DNA of 64,000 bases from Vitrella brassicaformis CCMP3155. Lineage: Eukaryota > Protista > Chromerida. The stretch spans positions 1 to 64,000 of the forward strand of contig CDMY01000354.1 in NCBI GenBank assembly GCA_001179505.1, written 5' to 3'. The translations under genes and the position numbers were made by a program. The notes below the pieces were generated by a model. It had not been told where the DNA came from. It was given only the letters and a program-made list of their open reading frames with translations, and made no database searches. Positions 11,625 through 24,152 of the stretch are shown one piece after another. Each line of letters begins with the position of its first letter. The first letter of the stretch is position 1.

Positions 11625-13364
11625 ATGACATATTTTCACACGATGAACTGCTGCCTCACGACCTTCGGGCCCTTCGGCGTGCTCTACTACGGCACCGGAC
11701 TGTAAGAATGAGAAAAACAGAAGAGAGATCTGCACAGCCGCCATCTCCTCAATCAATCATGCTGTGCTGCAGGTGGGAGTACAGCGGCGCGCTGGGGCTG
11801 TGCTTGTTTGCTGGGATGTACTACACCGTCACACAGATCATTAAGGTGAAGCACGACAGCTGTTTGCAAGCTGATCCATCTGTGTGTGTGTGGTGTGCAG
11901 CTGTTGCTGCTCGTGACGATCATCCCATCGGGCGAGACCACGTCGATATCGCAGGCGTGCAGGCAGAGGGAGCGATTCATCTGACGGCTCTTGGGTCATG
12001 CCTGTGTCCGTGTCTGTCTGTCTGCGTATGCCCATGCATCAGGAGCTCTTTCGCAACTGTGTCAACCTGGCTGACGCCGTGGGCATGCACCTCATGCTGC
12101 AGAGCAGGTGAGCAGCTGGAGCCATACACACACACACAGGCACGGGCAGCCGGCTGGAGCATGGCGTCTGTGTGTCTTACGCAGGCGGAGCGTTGGCTTC
12201 GAGCCCAACACGCGGCTTCTGGGCGTTGGCCTGGGTGAGATGAGATACGTAACAGAGATCCGGCCCGTGCGTATCTCACCAGCATTCGACAGCAGTTTTC
12301 TGCCTGTGTGTGTATCTGTGTGTCGTTGTGTGTGTGTCAGGCTGGGCGGCGGCTGACGCCATCTTTCAGCACATGATCGCATTCCTTGTCGGTGAGAGAG
12401 GGACAGAGAGAGGGACAGAGGGAGGGAGGGACGGAGGGAGGGATTAGCAGAGAAGACAGGCAGAGCTTCAGACAGAGAGTGAATATGGCAATAAGGGCGG
12501 CGTGATGAAAACACATATTAGGATCAACCAACTGACTCCACAATGGAGACAAAGGGAATGTTTTCCTGACCCCAGCACCCAATCCGTGCAGCAGACAGGA
12601 GACGACCCTCGCCATGCGCTGCTGCTGACATGAATGCATGGATTCGTCTGTCTGTGTGTGTGTGTGTGTGTGTGTGAAGGTGCGACCGGTGCCGAGTTCG
12701 AATGGACCTTCATTCAGAGGGCGATAAGCTCCAATATCAACATGGTATACACGCGAGGCTGGCTGGCTGGATGACACGCTTCTATGCTGCTTGGTGTTTC
12801 GCCTGTCTGTCTGTCTGCAGATCGCACATTTGGTCTTCACCGTGCTTGTCTTCATCTACGGCAGGAAACGGCTCTACGAAAAGTGAGCACAGTCTCCCAC
12901 CCAAATGGCCCTCATTGCCTATCCCTCCCTCCCTCCGTCCGCCTGTCCATCCGTCAGGTACACGTACCCCGTCCTTGCCATCGGTCTGCTGCACCTTGTC
13001 GGCATGCCCACCATACAAAGGTACACACACGCACACACAGACAGACAGACAGACAGACAGACGTCCCAAGCCACCACGCTCATAAAGCCTCTGTCATGCC
13101 CCCCGCCCAGTGTGTTCTTCACCTCGCCATCTGCTGGTGGGGCAGAGGGGGGCGCCGTCAACCCCTGGAGCAGCGGTGTGGCGGGGTGGAGGTTTCTCAT
13201 GCTGCAGTTCGTCTTGGTCAACATTGCCGCAGGATACTGCTGGTGAGGGCAGTGCGGCACGGCAGTCGTTGTTGTGTCGATGGGACATCCACATGGCTGT
13301 GTCTGTGAGTGTGTCCAGGTATGTGTATGGGTCGCGGACGGCAGCGGCGGACAAGGACAGATGA
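11625..13364 (+). CDS. TMEM147: Transmembrane protein 147 (BOS/nicalin-NOMO complex subunit)
   Basis: Spliced MTYFHTMNCCLTTFGPFGVLYYGTGLWEYS..QIIKLLLLVTII..ELFRNCVNLADAVGM..LLGVGLGWAAADAIF..GATGAEFEWTFIQRAISSN matches the TMEM147 signature (MTLFHFGNC..SEY..GWA.AE..GARG.EFDW.YIQ). Requires a GC-AG intron at 11955-12042. Confidence 0.92.
12495..12575 (+). ncRNA. Candidate intronic box C/D snoRNA in TMEM147
   Basis: Box C GTGATGA 12502-12508, D' CTGA 12532-12535, C'-like ATGGAGA near 12543, box D CTGA 12566-12569, ggg/ccc flanks. It sits in an intron of about 290 nt, versus about 70-110 nt for the other introns of the gene. Confidence 0.45.
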
Positions 13365-13394
13365 CAGACAGCTCCTTGACGACAGACACGTATT

Positions 13395-13424
13395 GATTAT
13401 TCGATACGGTCTTATCGAATAATC
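13395..13424. other. Perfect 12-bp AT-rich hairpin 30 nt after the TMEM147 stop
   Basis: gattattcgata-cggtct-tatcgaataatc. Confidence 0.6.
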
Positions 13425-13643
13425 TCGTCGATTAATTACACACATGAATGACACGCACAGGCAGGCACCGCATACCCACTCACAGCACCTCACCCTCACA
13501 AAGTCAGCCACTCCCTCACCCGCTCTGCACCCCCTTAACCTTGCTGGCCTTCGTCGGATGGACGGGGCAAAAGAACCGAGCATCAGAATAATGATAAAGG
13601 TATCGACACAGGCCCCTACGGACTGACCCCTGACCCTCTCTCA

Positions 13644-14342
13644 TCAGTAAGCGAATGTGACGTCAGGCTTCTCGTCTGTTGGCTTGAAGTTCTTGGCCGT
13701 GGGCACCTTCCGCTCGCCCTCGGGGGGCGCCACGGGCCGCTCGTCAGACTCGTCATCGCGAAACACACACGACTTGTACCTGCAACACACACCACCACCG
13801 CCACCATTCACACACGCCGCCGAGTGGGTGTGAGTGGCTTCGCGTCCACACGCACCACTGCGAGGGGTGTTCGCCCGGCAGCTTCCGCTCGTTGTCGTTG
13901 CCGTCGTGCCACCGCCTGTCGACCTCATCGATAGGCGTCAGCTTGGGAGGCTGCACGTAGTAATACCCGCCCTTGACGTCCGTCACTGAGCAAGGAAGGA
14001 GATCAACAACAGCACACACACACACACACACCTCAGAGGCGTGTGTGTTATGTTGTCGGCGTGTGTGGCTTATTACCGATGCCAGGTTCTTTGCCTTCGT
14101 TGAGGAGCGTGAACATCTCGCCGGGCTCTGCGTCGCGGTCGGGTGTGAAGGAGGGGTTGAGCGACTTGAGCTGAGTCCTCTCGCTCGCTGTGTGCGTCGG
14201 CTGCACACACACACACACAGCAACACACGCAATGCAAGCAACGTACAGCACAACGCGAAGAGAGGAACAAGATCTTCATCTCATCTCTCTGCGTCGTTAG
14301 CTGAGTGTGTGTCGGCCTCACCAGCCAGATCGGAATCACCAT
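13644..14342 (-). CDS. Small hypothetical protein (about 130 aa, 4 exons)
   Basis: Canonical splicing joins MVIPIWL|PTHTASERTQLKSLNPSFTPDRDAEPGEMFTLLNEGKEPGI|VTDVKGGYYYVQPPKLTPIDEVDRRWHDGNDNERKLPGEHPSQW|YKSCVFRDD..DVTFAY* with matching phases and GC3-rich codons. Confidence 0.75.
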
Positions 14343-16335
14343 TGTTGTGCTTCTGGATGGGTTTCGTTTCTTCCTGCGTTCGCTTGCTTGAGCTCGCAAC
14401 GGTAACGGCACTGTAAATTTCCTTTCTCGTCGATATGGCTGTCTGTCTCGTTGTCTCTCGTGTGCGTGTGATCGGCTGTTGGGTGTGCCTGGCGGCAGGC
14501 ACATGACCCGAACACTCCTGCAAACAGGAGTGCGGGTGCGCCTACTCGCACAAACAGAGAGACTCCAGCAGTACGCATGCAATACTCAATTATGTATTGA
14601 TTGGCCGCGCATCCCCCTACGAAAACCTCTTGCCTCCGCTGCATTTCCGACACACAGTCTTGCTCAGCAACAGCGAGGCACCCATATATAGCCCTTCAGA
14701 CGCATTCGTGTGTGTGCCTCGAGTGAGCTCCGCGCGCAGTGACACAAGAGAGATACAAAAAGCCATCGATAGGTATGCCCCGGCAACACACACACATACA
14801 AGGGCAAGTGAGCACCAAGTCACACGTGTTGATGGAAAGCCAGCCAGCCAGCCAGCCAGTCAACACTGTCGGCAGCACGCATGCCGTGCATTGTCAGACG
14901 TCATATATAATGCTATGAATTGAGCCTCTAGACCATATGTGTATGTATGTATGTGTGCACGAGGAATGCAGCCAGTGATGCGATGCGCCGTGGCAATGAT
15001 TCGGAGCTGGCTCCACGCCCACACCAAAACCACTTCCGAATACCCCCTTGTTTGTCGTGGACAATCCTATCTCACTGTTCTCTTCCTGGCAGGCACATGC
15101 ATATGTTGGCACGCAGCTGCACCATGCACCAGCAGCACATGCGCAAAGTGAGCAAGATTACACGAGAGCAACAAGTCAGTCACACGCCAGAATGAATGAA
15201 TGGCAGCCTGCCAACATTGCCGGCAGTGCCTACGAGAAACACAGCAGCCAGTCATGTGCCCTGTCCCTGTGTATCCTCCTCGTGTGTCTTGGCGAATCCT
15301 CTCTCGATTGCTTGTCCGCCCATTCATTCGCGCACAGCCGGCCAGCCGTCATGCAACAAGAAGCAGGCAGAGTTAGTGTCTTGAATGCAGCATGCGCGAA
15401 CATGCAACACACTTGCCCGCCAGCTTGATGTCGTGTGTCGGCTTGCTGGCAGGGGAATGCAGTCAGTGCGGCACCATCAGTGTCTACGTACAGAACCGCG
15501 ACAATACAGCGGCGGATGTCTTGTTGACTCAGCCCGAAACATCCGTCAATACCTCCTTCCTTCCTTGCTGGTGTCTGTGCGTCCACCCACACGTGGTCCA
15601 CTTCTGTAGGTGTGCCGTCACATCGATCACTTGTTCCTATTCCCGTGTACGTCGGCAGAGACCACAATCACAGACAGACATACAGACACACAGACACACA
15701 GACACACAGACAGACAGACAGACAGACAAATGTACGTAGCTATCCACAACACACATAGGCACGCAACACGGAGGCATGCAACACACACACACACGCACCC
15801 ACGGGAGGCACACACGACCCGACCACCACCACCACCACCACCAAAGACTCGTACGTGTGCGACAGGGAGCGAAGAGCATGCACGCACAACACAACACAAC
15901 ACACAGCAGCACCAAGAACACACCTCACAAGACACGCACACCCCCGAACCACACACCCCAGGCAGGCCCCCACCGCCGCACCACGCCACGCCATGGACCG
16001 CACGGGCAGCACAACCGAGCAAGGAGTCGCACACACACACACACACACAGAGACAGACGAGAGACACTCCGACCTACTGTACGTCCACGTATGTCATATG
16101 AATGTCATATGAATTATGAAGTAAGTCTTCTTCGCTCGATCGCTCCTGACGACCATGCACTCAACGAAAGCCGTAATACGCAGCCAGCGCTAGTACTGCG
16201 GCACAGTCAAAGGACGACACGCACACCACCAAGCAGCGACCTGCGACACACAAGACACAAGACACAACAATGACGTCATGGATGGCCTTCTTGGTGTGCA
16301 TATCGTCATCTACCTCAGCAGGGGGGGTAGTGTGT

Positions 16336-18484
16336 CTACGCCGAGACAGGAACCTGCACCTGCAGCAAACACACACACACATACACCCACACACGCGTCC
16401 TGTGCGACTCAGTCTTTCACCCACCGCTGCTGGGTCGATGCCTCTGAGCCAGTTGACGACGAGTGTGACCTTGCCGAGCTTGATGTGGCTGCCCAACACC
16501 TTGTCGCTCGCTTTGCGCGAGTCAAGGTCGGCGATAGCCAGCACCTCGGCAAAGGTCTCCCCGGTCAGCTCCTCCTGGGCAGATACACACACGCACACAC
16601 CACCATCACCACAACAACACCGCACAGCACACCACACATGAACGAGTGCGTGTTTGCCATTTTTAGTTGCGTCTCTGCGTACCTTCTTGACGGTGTCGAC
16701 GAGTCCCCGCAGCTTCTCATCTCGCTGGAATATCTTCACGACGTCGTCAGCCGTGAGCTTCGACAGCTCGACCGTCACAAAGGTCTCTGCACAGACACAG
16801 ACACACACGCACACACACACACAGACAGAGCCAGGCGTCACCGAGGCCGGCCAATTGATTCATTCATTCACGTGTGTGTCGACTGACCGTCGTCCTCGAC
16901 TTCCATCTTGACGTGCACCTCGCCAGCACCAGCACTGGCATCAGCCTCACCAGAGGCCTCACCAGTGGCAGCAGCAGCACCGTGGTCACCATCTCCCTCC
17001 TGCTTGATGCCGACACCAGCAGCACCACCACCACCATCACTACCAGCAGCAGCATTGCTCTCCGTGGGGAAGAGCAGCGCCTCGGGGGGCGCCTGGTCGC
17101 CGTCCGAATCGACACGCGAACCTTCGACACACAGGTGAGGTGACACGATGAGGACGCCATGACTGTCTGTCCATTCACACATGTATACCTACCTGTACGG
17201 CGCCTTTTGCCGCCCCGTCGCTTCTGCTTCTGCTCCTTATTGCCGGCGTCGCGGGCCGCGGCAGACGCGGACGGCTTCTCCTAACACGAAAACCAGACGA
17301 CGGGCGCGCGAAGGCATGGAACAATATCGACCCCCCTCCCTCCCTCCCTCCCTCTCTGTCGGCCTTGCTCGTTACCTGGTCGTCATCTGGGAAGGCGTGA
17401 GCGGCGAGGAGACCTTCCCAGCCCTTGATGGGCATCTCGGTGGGGATGGCCTTGTGCCGGTAGTCAATGGCGGCCTCGACGGCCGAGCGGGCGGTGTGGT
17501 AGGTGGACAAGGAGAAGGAGCGGGCCTTGCGGAGCTTCTTGTGGCTGACAGTGGCTCCGTCCTTGTTGGCGTACACGTAGAGGTACGGCACCTGAAGGAC
17601 ACGCAACGGACAGAGCGGACCTGCAGTGCCCATATGCTGTGCAGCTCGCACACCTGGCCATCGAGATGCTTGAGCTTCTGCAGGAAGGCACGGAGGCTGA
17701 TAATGGACTGACTCACGTCTGATGAATAGATGAAAAATGACACATCCTCACACATGCAGAAGATGGACCCTCAGGCAGAACCCACCGTTTCCCGCGGTCC
17801 GTCGTCGCTTCTTACGGCCGTCAGGGGAAGGGGTCGGCGAGCGGGCCACGGCCTGGGAGACGGAGAAGTAGCCACGAGTGCTCGCTTGTGGTCACTCATG
17901 GCCACACCCACCCATCCACCTACCCGTGCGTGGAGAAGGTCGTTCTCGCCGCTGTCGTCATCCTCACCGGACGAACCCTCATCGCCGTAGTGTCCTGATG
18001 CGAACCACATGTGTCGGTGTGTGGGTCGCTGCTGCAGCGGTGACCGTGTGCTGTGTGTGTTTCTTACGGCGTTCCGGTGCGTGACGGTCACCATCGTCCG
18101 CACCCTACACAGACACGCAGGCACTTGCATTTGAGGCGCTGACGGGCGAAGGTCTCTCTCTGCTGTCTTCCTTGGCACTGACCTCGCCTGCACCATTCCC
18201 TGAGCCAACCATCTGGTCATCAGCGGCAGAACCTGACACACAGCCACAAACACCCACACAACCCCACGCACCATCCATCGGCTGCACTATTGACTGTCCG
18301 TGCCTCACCCACCTTGGCCACCTGCCGACTCCCCGACCTTCCTGCCACCGTCCTCCTCCATCAGCACATGATCAGGCCGCCCCCCGTCGCTGACATTGGG
18401 ACATGGCTGAGGGCCGGCGGCAGCAGCCACGTCCTCACTCTCCTCCTTGATCAATGGAGACGGGCCGACAGAGCTGCTCGCCAT
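16336..18484 (-). CDS. ApiAP2-type DNA-binding protein with C-terminal SAM-like domain
   Basis: AP2-like YLYVYANKDG..RKARSFSLSTYHTARSAVEAAIDYR (about 17440-17600); SAM-like LTADDVVKIF..EELTGETFAEVL..LGSHIKLGKVTLVVNWLRG (about 16420-16790); low-complexity linkers; ATG at 18484 after a 5'UTR intron. Confidence 0.7.
18344..18455. repeat. 112-bp inverted duplication, partner at 20603-20714
   Basis: The reverse complement of 18344-18455 matches 20603-20714 at 110 of 112 positions (encodes LIKEESEDVAAAAGPQPCPNVSDG..EEDGG). Confidence 0.92.
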
Positions 18485-19076
18485 GGCGTCAATCAAGAGG
18501 CCTCACCTGAGAGACACACACAGCGCCCGGACCCTCGCTTTCATCAGTTGCGTCATCTGCTGCTGTGTGTGTAGCCACACACTCCCGCGCACACACGGAT
18601 GCTTTCCTGCACTGATCTATGTGCCTGCCTGCCTGCGCAGCTGCCTGTGTGTGTGCCCATGTGTCCGCTCACTGGAACAAGGCTGCTCCGAGCCGACAGG
18701 TGTTCCCAAGCCTCGGGTGTGCGCGCGCGGACACGCGTCAACAAAGGGGAAGATGCCGCCGTCTCTGGTCTCAATGAGGACGATGCTGCCGGAACCACAC
18801 CAGAGAGAGCGGCGCAGCCGTCAGGAGGGCAGCGCACCAAGCCAATAGAGCCGGAGGGTTTGACGAGGGGCAAGGGTTTTTTACCCTATAACCCTACGAG
18901 AGAAGGCGCCAAGATATCTGATGCCTCCCTCGGTGATGCGGCGAGAGCTGATGCGGTGAGATGGCGGGCCATTGAGCTGCCAGATATCGGAGGTGAGGGA
19001 GGCTATCCTTTTTGGCATCTCTCTCTCTGTGCATGTGTCTGTCGGCCCATCGCTGCAGGCGTGTCGTTGAGGAGTG

Positions 19077-20571
19077 ATGGCGGCCTCCTCATCTGCCGCT
19101 GCCGGTGGTGGTGGTGGTGCTGGTGGTTTATTCAGTTGTCTGCATGCTGATCTGTCCATCTGAGCATCGAACCAGGTGAGCCGCACACAGATCAATGAGC
19201 AGCATGCTTGATGCACACGATCCTCTGTCGGCTCTGTCGCTCTGTGCAGGCTGTCGTCGAGCACATCATAGCAAACCAGATGCAGCAACCGCATCAGGAT
19301 CGGGAGCAGCACCCCTTCTCGTATATCTTCGTCGGCCGCCGCACCTACTACCTCCTCAGCAGCATCAAGGACATCCTGCGGCTGAGGGCCACCTGCACGT
19401 GGCTCAGAGGTCTCCTCGGAGCGGCACAGCTGAGAGATCGGCTCCGCCACTCGCTGGGCTCACAGGAGGGGCTGCGGCGGGCGGTGAATGGGCAGCAAGT
19501 GCAGCTGCTGCGGTTCGATGACGACCAGTTCGGCGTCCATGATCTGCTGGCGGCTGTGTGTGTGATGGAGGAGGGAGAATGGGTGGAGATGGGCGAGGTG
19601 ATTGAGCTGGCGGCGCAGTGCGGCAACTGTGAGCTGCCTGTCATCCTAACAGCCGATGACATCAACACACACGCAAACAAAACGGTGAGCCAGCAGACAC
19701 AGGGGCGGGGAGGGGAGGGAGAGGACCTCATTCTGTCTGTGTGTGTGTGTGTGGTCTGTGTGTAGGCGTATGTGTCGGCTCCCCGTGTGTTGGCGCAGCT
19801 TAAGATGGTCGGCCGCCACGTCCGCTTCAGTGACGACAGCTGCCTGCAGCTGTTCCAGCACGGCAACGACTGGCGGGCCATCACTGACGAGCCCGGCTTC
19901 CGAGTGGAGGTCGACCCGCCCCTCCCTGCCGGCCACCTGTACCAGCAGTACCGACAGCCACACGACCCACCAGTGCGTGAGCGCATCTACTACTCGCCCG
20001 CCAACGCCAGATGGATGTCGACCGGTGGCCCGGGGTACACCGAGGCGTCAGTATCGTCCTTTGCCAAGTTTATGGTCCTTGATCACTTCAACAAGACTCA
20101 CCAGATCAATGACCAATCAATTATACTCAACAGGTGACAACTCACCGATGGCACCAGGTGCGCCGTTGATTGTGCGTATGCATGTGGTTGGTTCAGGTAT
20201 GTCGGTGGCGGCCGTCTGGATGGCCTGCTGACCGAGTCGCCCCACACACCAGTGGCGGGCTGCACCACCACACTCGGCTGGGGCGTTGATGTGCGGTTTC
20301 TGGTGCTCACCGGCAGCAACCACTCCTTCGCCGCATGGATTGACATTAGGAGATCAGGAAACAACAACGGTCAGGCCTTCCCGACAGAAAGGAAGCTCTG
20401 CTAGTCATCACTGCCTTCTTTCCTTTGTGTGCAGTGGGTGTGCGTGTCAGGACCACTGAGGCGGCTGTGTGTGGGAGTGGTCCCTTCAAGCACCGCTTCC
20501 CGGTGACCACCCAGCTGGCTCGTGTGGCGTTGCGGGCGGTGGCGCCATACGCCTTCGACGGGCAAGTATAG
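19077..20571 (+). pseudogene. Lineage-expanded family gene with an in-frame TGA at codon 29, otherwise intact
   Basis: ATG 19077 MAASSSAAAGGGGGAGGLFSCLHADLSI*ASNQ|AVVEHIIANQ.. (TGA 19161-19163), then clean exons to ..RFPVTTQLARVALRAVAPYAFDGQV*. Confidence 0.65.
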
Positions 20572-21212
20572 CAGCAGCAGCAGCAGCAGCAGTAGACGAC
20601 GGATTGATCAAGGAGGAGAGTGAGGACGTGGCTGCTGCCGCCGGCCCTCAGCCATGTCCCAATGTCAGTGACGGGAGGCGGCCTGATCATGTGCTGATGG
20701 AGGAGGACGGTGGCGCACTCCAGCTGCTTCTGCTGAGCGTACTATTCTTTCAGAGTGTCAGTGTTGTTTGCGCATAGACACGGCACGTAACAACCATGAT
20801 AAAGCGTGTCTGTTCTCTGCACAAACGGACGCCGCATGTGTGCGCACACGGTGTCTGCCTGCCTGCCTGCCTGCCTGCCCGTCGTCTGCCTGATGGCGTA
20901 CACGTGTGACACACATGAGGGCAATTAATTAATCGACACGCACATGAAATCAGCCCTCAAACAAACACTCACGCACGCATTCACTCTCCACCGACGCACA
21001 GACACGGAAAACGACAAACAGACAGACGGAACCAGACAACACACACTGGCTCACTCCACAGTGGCACAAAACCAGACAAAACCTGTGCCTCACCTCACCT
21101 CCTGACCCATCCACCAACCAGATAACACAGACAGACAGTAGCAACGACCAAAGCCCTTTGAGTCCATCCATCGATCAACCCAGATACCTCACACATCCAT
21201 CCATCCATCAGA

Positions 21213-24113
21213 TCACACAGCCGTGCCCACAGTGACGGTCCACCCCTCCTCGCCGATCTTCACTGGCGGCTTCTTGACAGCCACCACATACACACCGCCA
21301 CCCCGCGGCTCCTCACGCGACCGACAGTGCACCGGGGCGCCCTTGGCCTTGCACTCTGACACTGACGCGGGGGCCCCGTGCACTCGAATGGACTCGACTG
21401 ACACAGACAGACGGAGAGAGAGAGAGAGAGAGAGAGAGTGGGGAGACGGGGAGAGGTAGGGGTCGCAGTGAGTGCTTACTGTTGAGGTTGTGTGGGGTGA
21501 AGTCCTTCTTGGTGAGACTGTGTGGGGTGAAGTCCTTGGCGGTGGGGGTCTTGTCGTCGAGCGGGAGGGGGAGCGACTTGGCGGTGAGGGTGTTTTGCCT
21601 GAAGTCGAGCTGCTGGAAGAGGAACTCGCCCTTCTTGTAGGCCCAGCTGTTGTGGTCGTCCTCGTAGATCAGACCTGTCGCCTCGCCCTTGTCGCTCGGA
21701 TAAACGTCCACCTGATACACAAACAGGGAGGGGACAGTCATGCGAACGGTCTCCCCCCCACTCTCTCTGTCTCTCTCTCTCTCACTGTGAAGGGGTCCAG
21801 CCTCTGCTGTGTGGAGCTCCGTCGCCGCCGCCCCTTGCTCACCAGGACCGACCCCGCACGCACATATGTCGGCACATACCGCTGGCTCAGCGACACCACA
21901 TGCGTCTGCCCGCCAGACAGCCGAGCACCCGTGTAAAAATCATACCTGACAGGTTCAGAACACACGCAGAGCAGACGTGGCGATTGGATTGGCTGACTGA
22001 GAAGCACATGAGCCCCACCCGTACCATCCGCCAGGGTTCTCGGGCAGGTAGACGGCGGCCGTGCTGTTCTTGGCCATGGGCTGCGTGACGGCCTTGACCA
22101 TCACGCTGCCGCCGACCATCATCTGGTCGCTGATGGTGTATGTCTGAGGGTCGCTGATGAAGGCGTTGTCGAACCAGAGTGGCCGGATGATGGGCTCGCC
22201 CCGCATGGCGAAGAGGGCCGTGGCGGTGTAGAGGTACGGCAGCATCCGGTACCGCGTTGTTACGGTGTCACTGATCGATGGATCGATCGACAAGCAGATG
22301 GACAGATGGGGAGGTGGAGGTGCGTGTGGTGTGGTGCGCGTACCGAATGATGTCGGTGACCTCCTGCCCGAACAGCCACGGCTCCCGCCGAGCAGTCTCG
22401 AGATGCGCATGCGCCCTGTAAGTTTGTGAGACACACACATAACATAGAGTGAGTGCCTTCGTGTGTTGTGTGGTCGTGTGGCGGCTCGCACCTGTAGAAA
22501 GGGTACCAGATGCCGAGCTGGTGCCACCGGTAGAGCAGCTCGGGCTCGGGGTTCTTGAAGAAGCCTCCCACGTCAGCACCTGACCGACGGTTGGACGGAT
22601 GGATGGATGGATGGACGTACACACAACAGACACACAGAGGGGAATAATAGTTGCATGTGTGTTTTTGTTCTTTATGTGTGTGCATGTGTTGGGGGGGATT
22701 TGTGCGATCGACGGACCGATGTATGAGATGCCGCCGAGTGCGTGCGACAGCAGCATGGGAATGGAGATCTCCAAGTGACTCCACTCAGCCGCATTGTCGC
22801 CCGTCCACACATAGCCGTACCTGAGTGCCAATGCCAGCCAATCAACCACACACAGATCAGCGATGATGTGTGCGTGTGGGTATGTGCACAGACACACACA
22901 ACACACGGCACACACCTGCACACACCTGTGTGTGCCGATGAAGAATGATCGTGTGAGAACGAATGGCCGCTGGTTGGGGTCTCTCCGCGTGAGGCCCTCG
23001 AAAGTCGCCCGGTGGTAGTACATCCCGTACAAGTTGTGAACCTCTCGGTGCTCGCGCTGGCCCTATCAACACACACATCCACCCGCCGCCCACACACCCC
23101 CAGTGAGCTTGTCTGGTTGTTGTCTGGTCGGTGAGCAAGCTGACATACATAGTGAATGATGTCCCGCTGCATCGACACCTCCGGGCCGTTGAACACCGAG
23201 GGCTCGTTCATGTCGTTCCAGATGAACAGATCCTGCCCAGTCGCAGCACACACAGATGGATGGATGGATGGCATACACACGGCCGACCTGTGTGCCACTC
23301 GCTCTCCCTGCTGACCTTGGTGCTGCCTTCGTATCGGCTGAGGTCGAAGAGAGAGGCCCAGAAGTCACGCACCTGTTGACAGACAGACAGACAGACAGAG
23401 GGAGCAAGGAGTGAATGGCATGGTCTCTTTCTCTCTCCCTCTCTCTCTCTCTCTGTGTGTGTGGTGTGTGTTGTGCATGCCTGCGGGTTGGTAAAGTCGG
23501 GGTAGAATGAGCTGCCAGGCCAGCACCAGCCCTCGTACTGAGTGCCATCGGGCTGATGTATCACACACACACACACGCACAAACACAGCGAAAAGATCCG
23601 TGGGGATTCATCCTTCGTGTGTGTGTGTGTGTGTGTGTCTGGTACCTTCTTGACAAACAAGTCTTGATGACGGCACTCCTGCATCCACGGGCGGACAGAC
23701 AGACGGACGACGGATTGATGCCAGCAGACCATGATTCACTGACTCACCCGGTAGACATAATAGTTGTCGTCCTTCTTGATATGCGGATCAACAATCGTCA
23801 CCTGGGCACACACACACACACACACACAGACACAGACACGAAAGGCCTCATCCCCTTGGCTTGTGCCGCCCATCCACACGCGGACCATTTTCCTGCCCTT
23901 TGCGGCGATTTTGTCGATCATCTCTGCGGGCTTCGGGAAGAGGTGGTTGTTCCAGGTGAAGTACTTCTTGCCGTCGGTGTGCTCGATGTCCAGCCATATG
24001 ACGTCGTACGGAATGTCGTGCTTGTCGAAGTTGCTGTCGACGTCAAACACGTCAGCCTGCACACACACACACACACACACAGAGACAGACAGACAGAGAC
24101 AACACAGATGCTT

Positions 24114-24152
<39 letters not shown>

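Noticed and set aside
11264-12238. 324-aa ORF spanning the CWF19L1/TMEM147 junction
   Set aside because: It runs through introns and overlaps two recognisable genes mostly in the wrong frame; it is a shadow ORF.
11500-13390. Minus-strand peptides that looked like a deaminase (HHAALIAI)
   Set aside because: They are antisense to well-supported TMEM147 exons and introns.
15230-16100. ORFs in the 14.4-16.3 kb intergenic region
   Set aside because: They derive from CA/TG microsatellites, with no motifs or codon bias.
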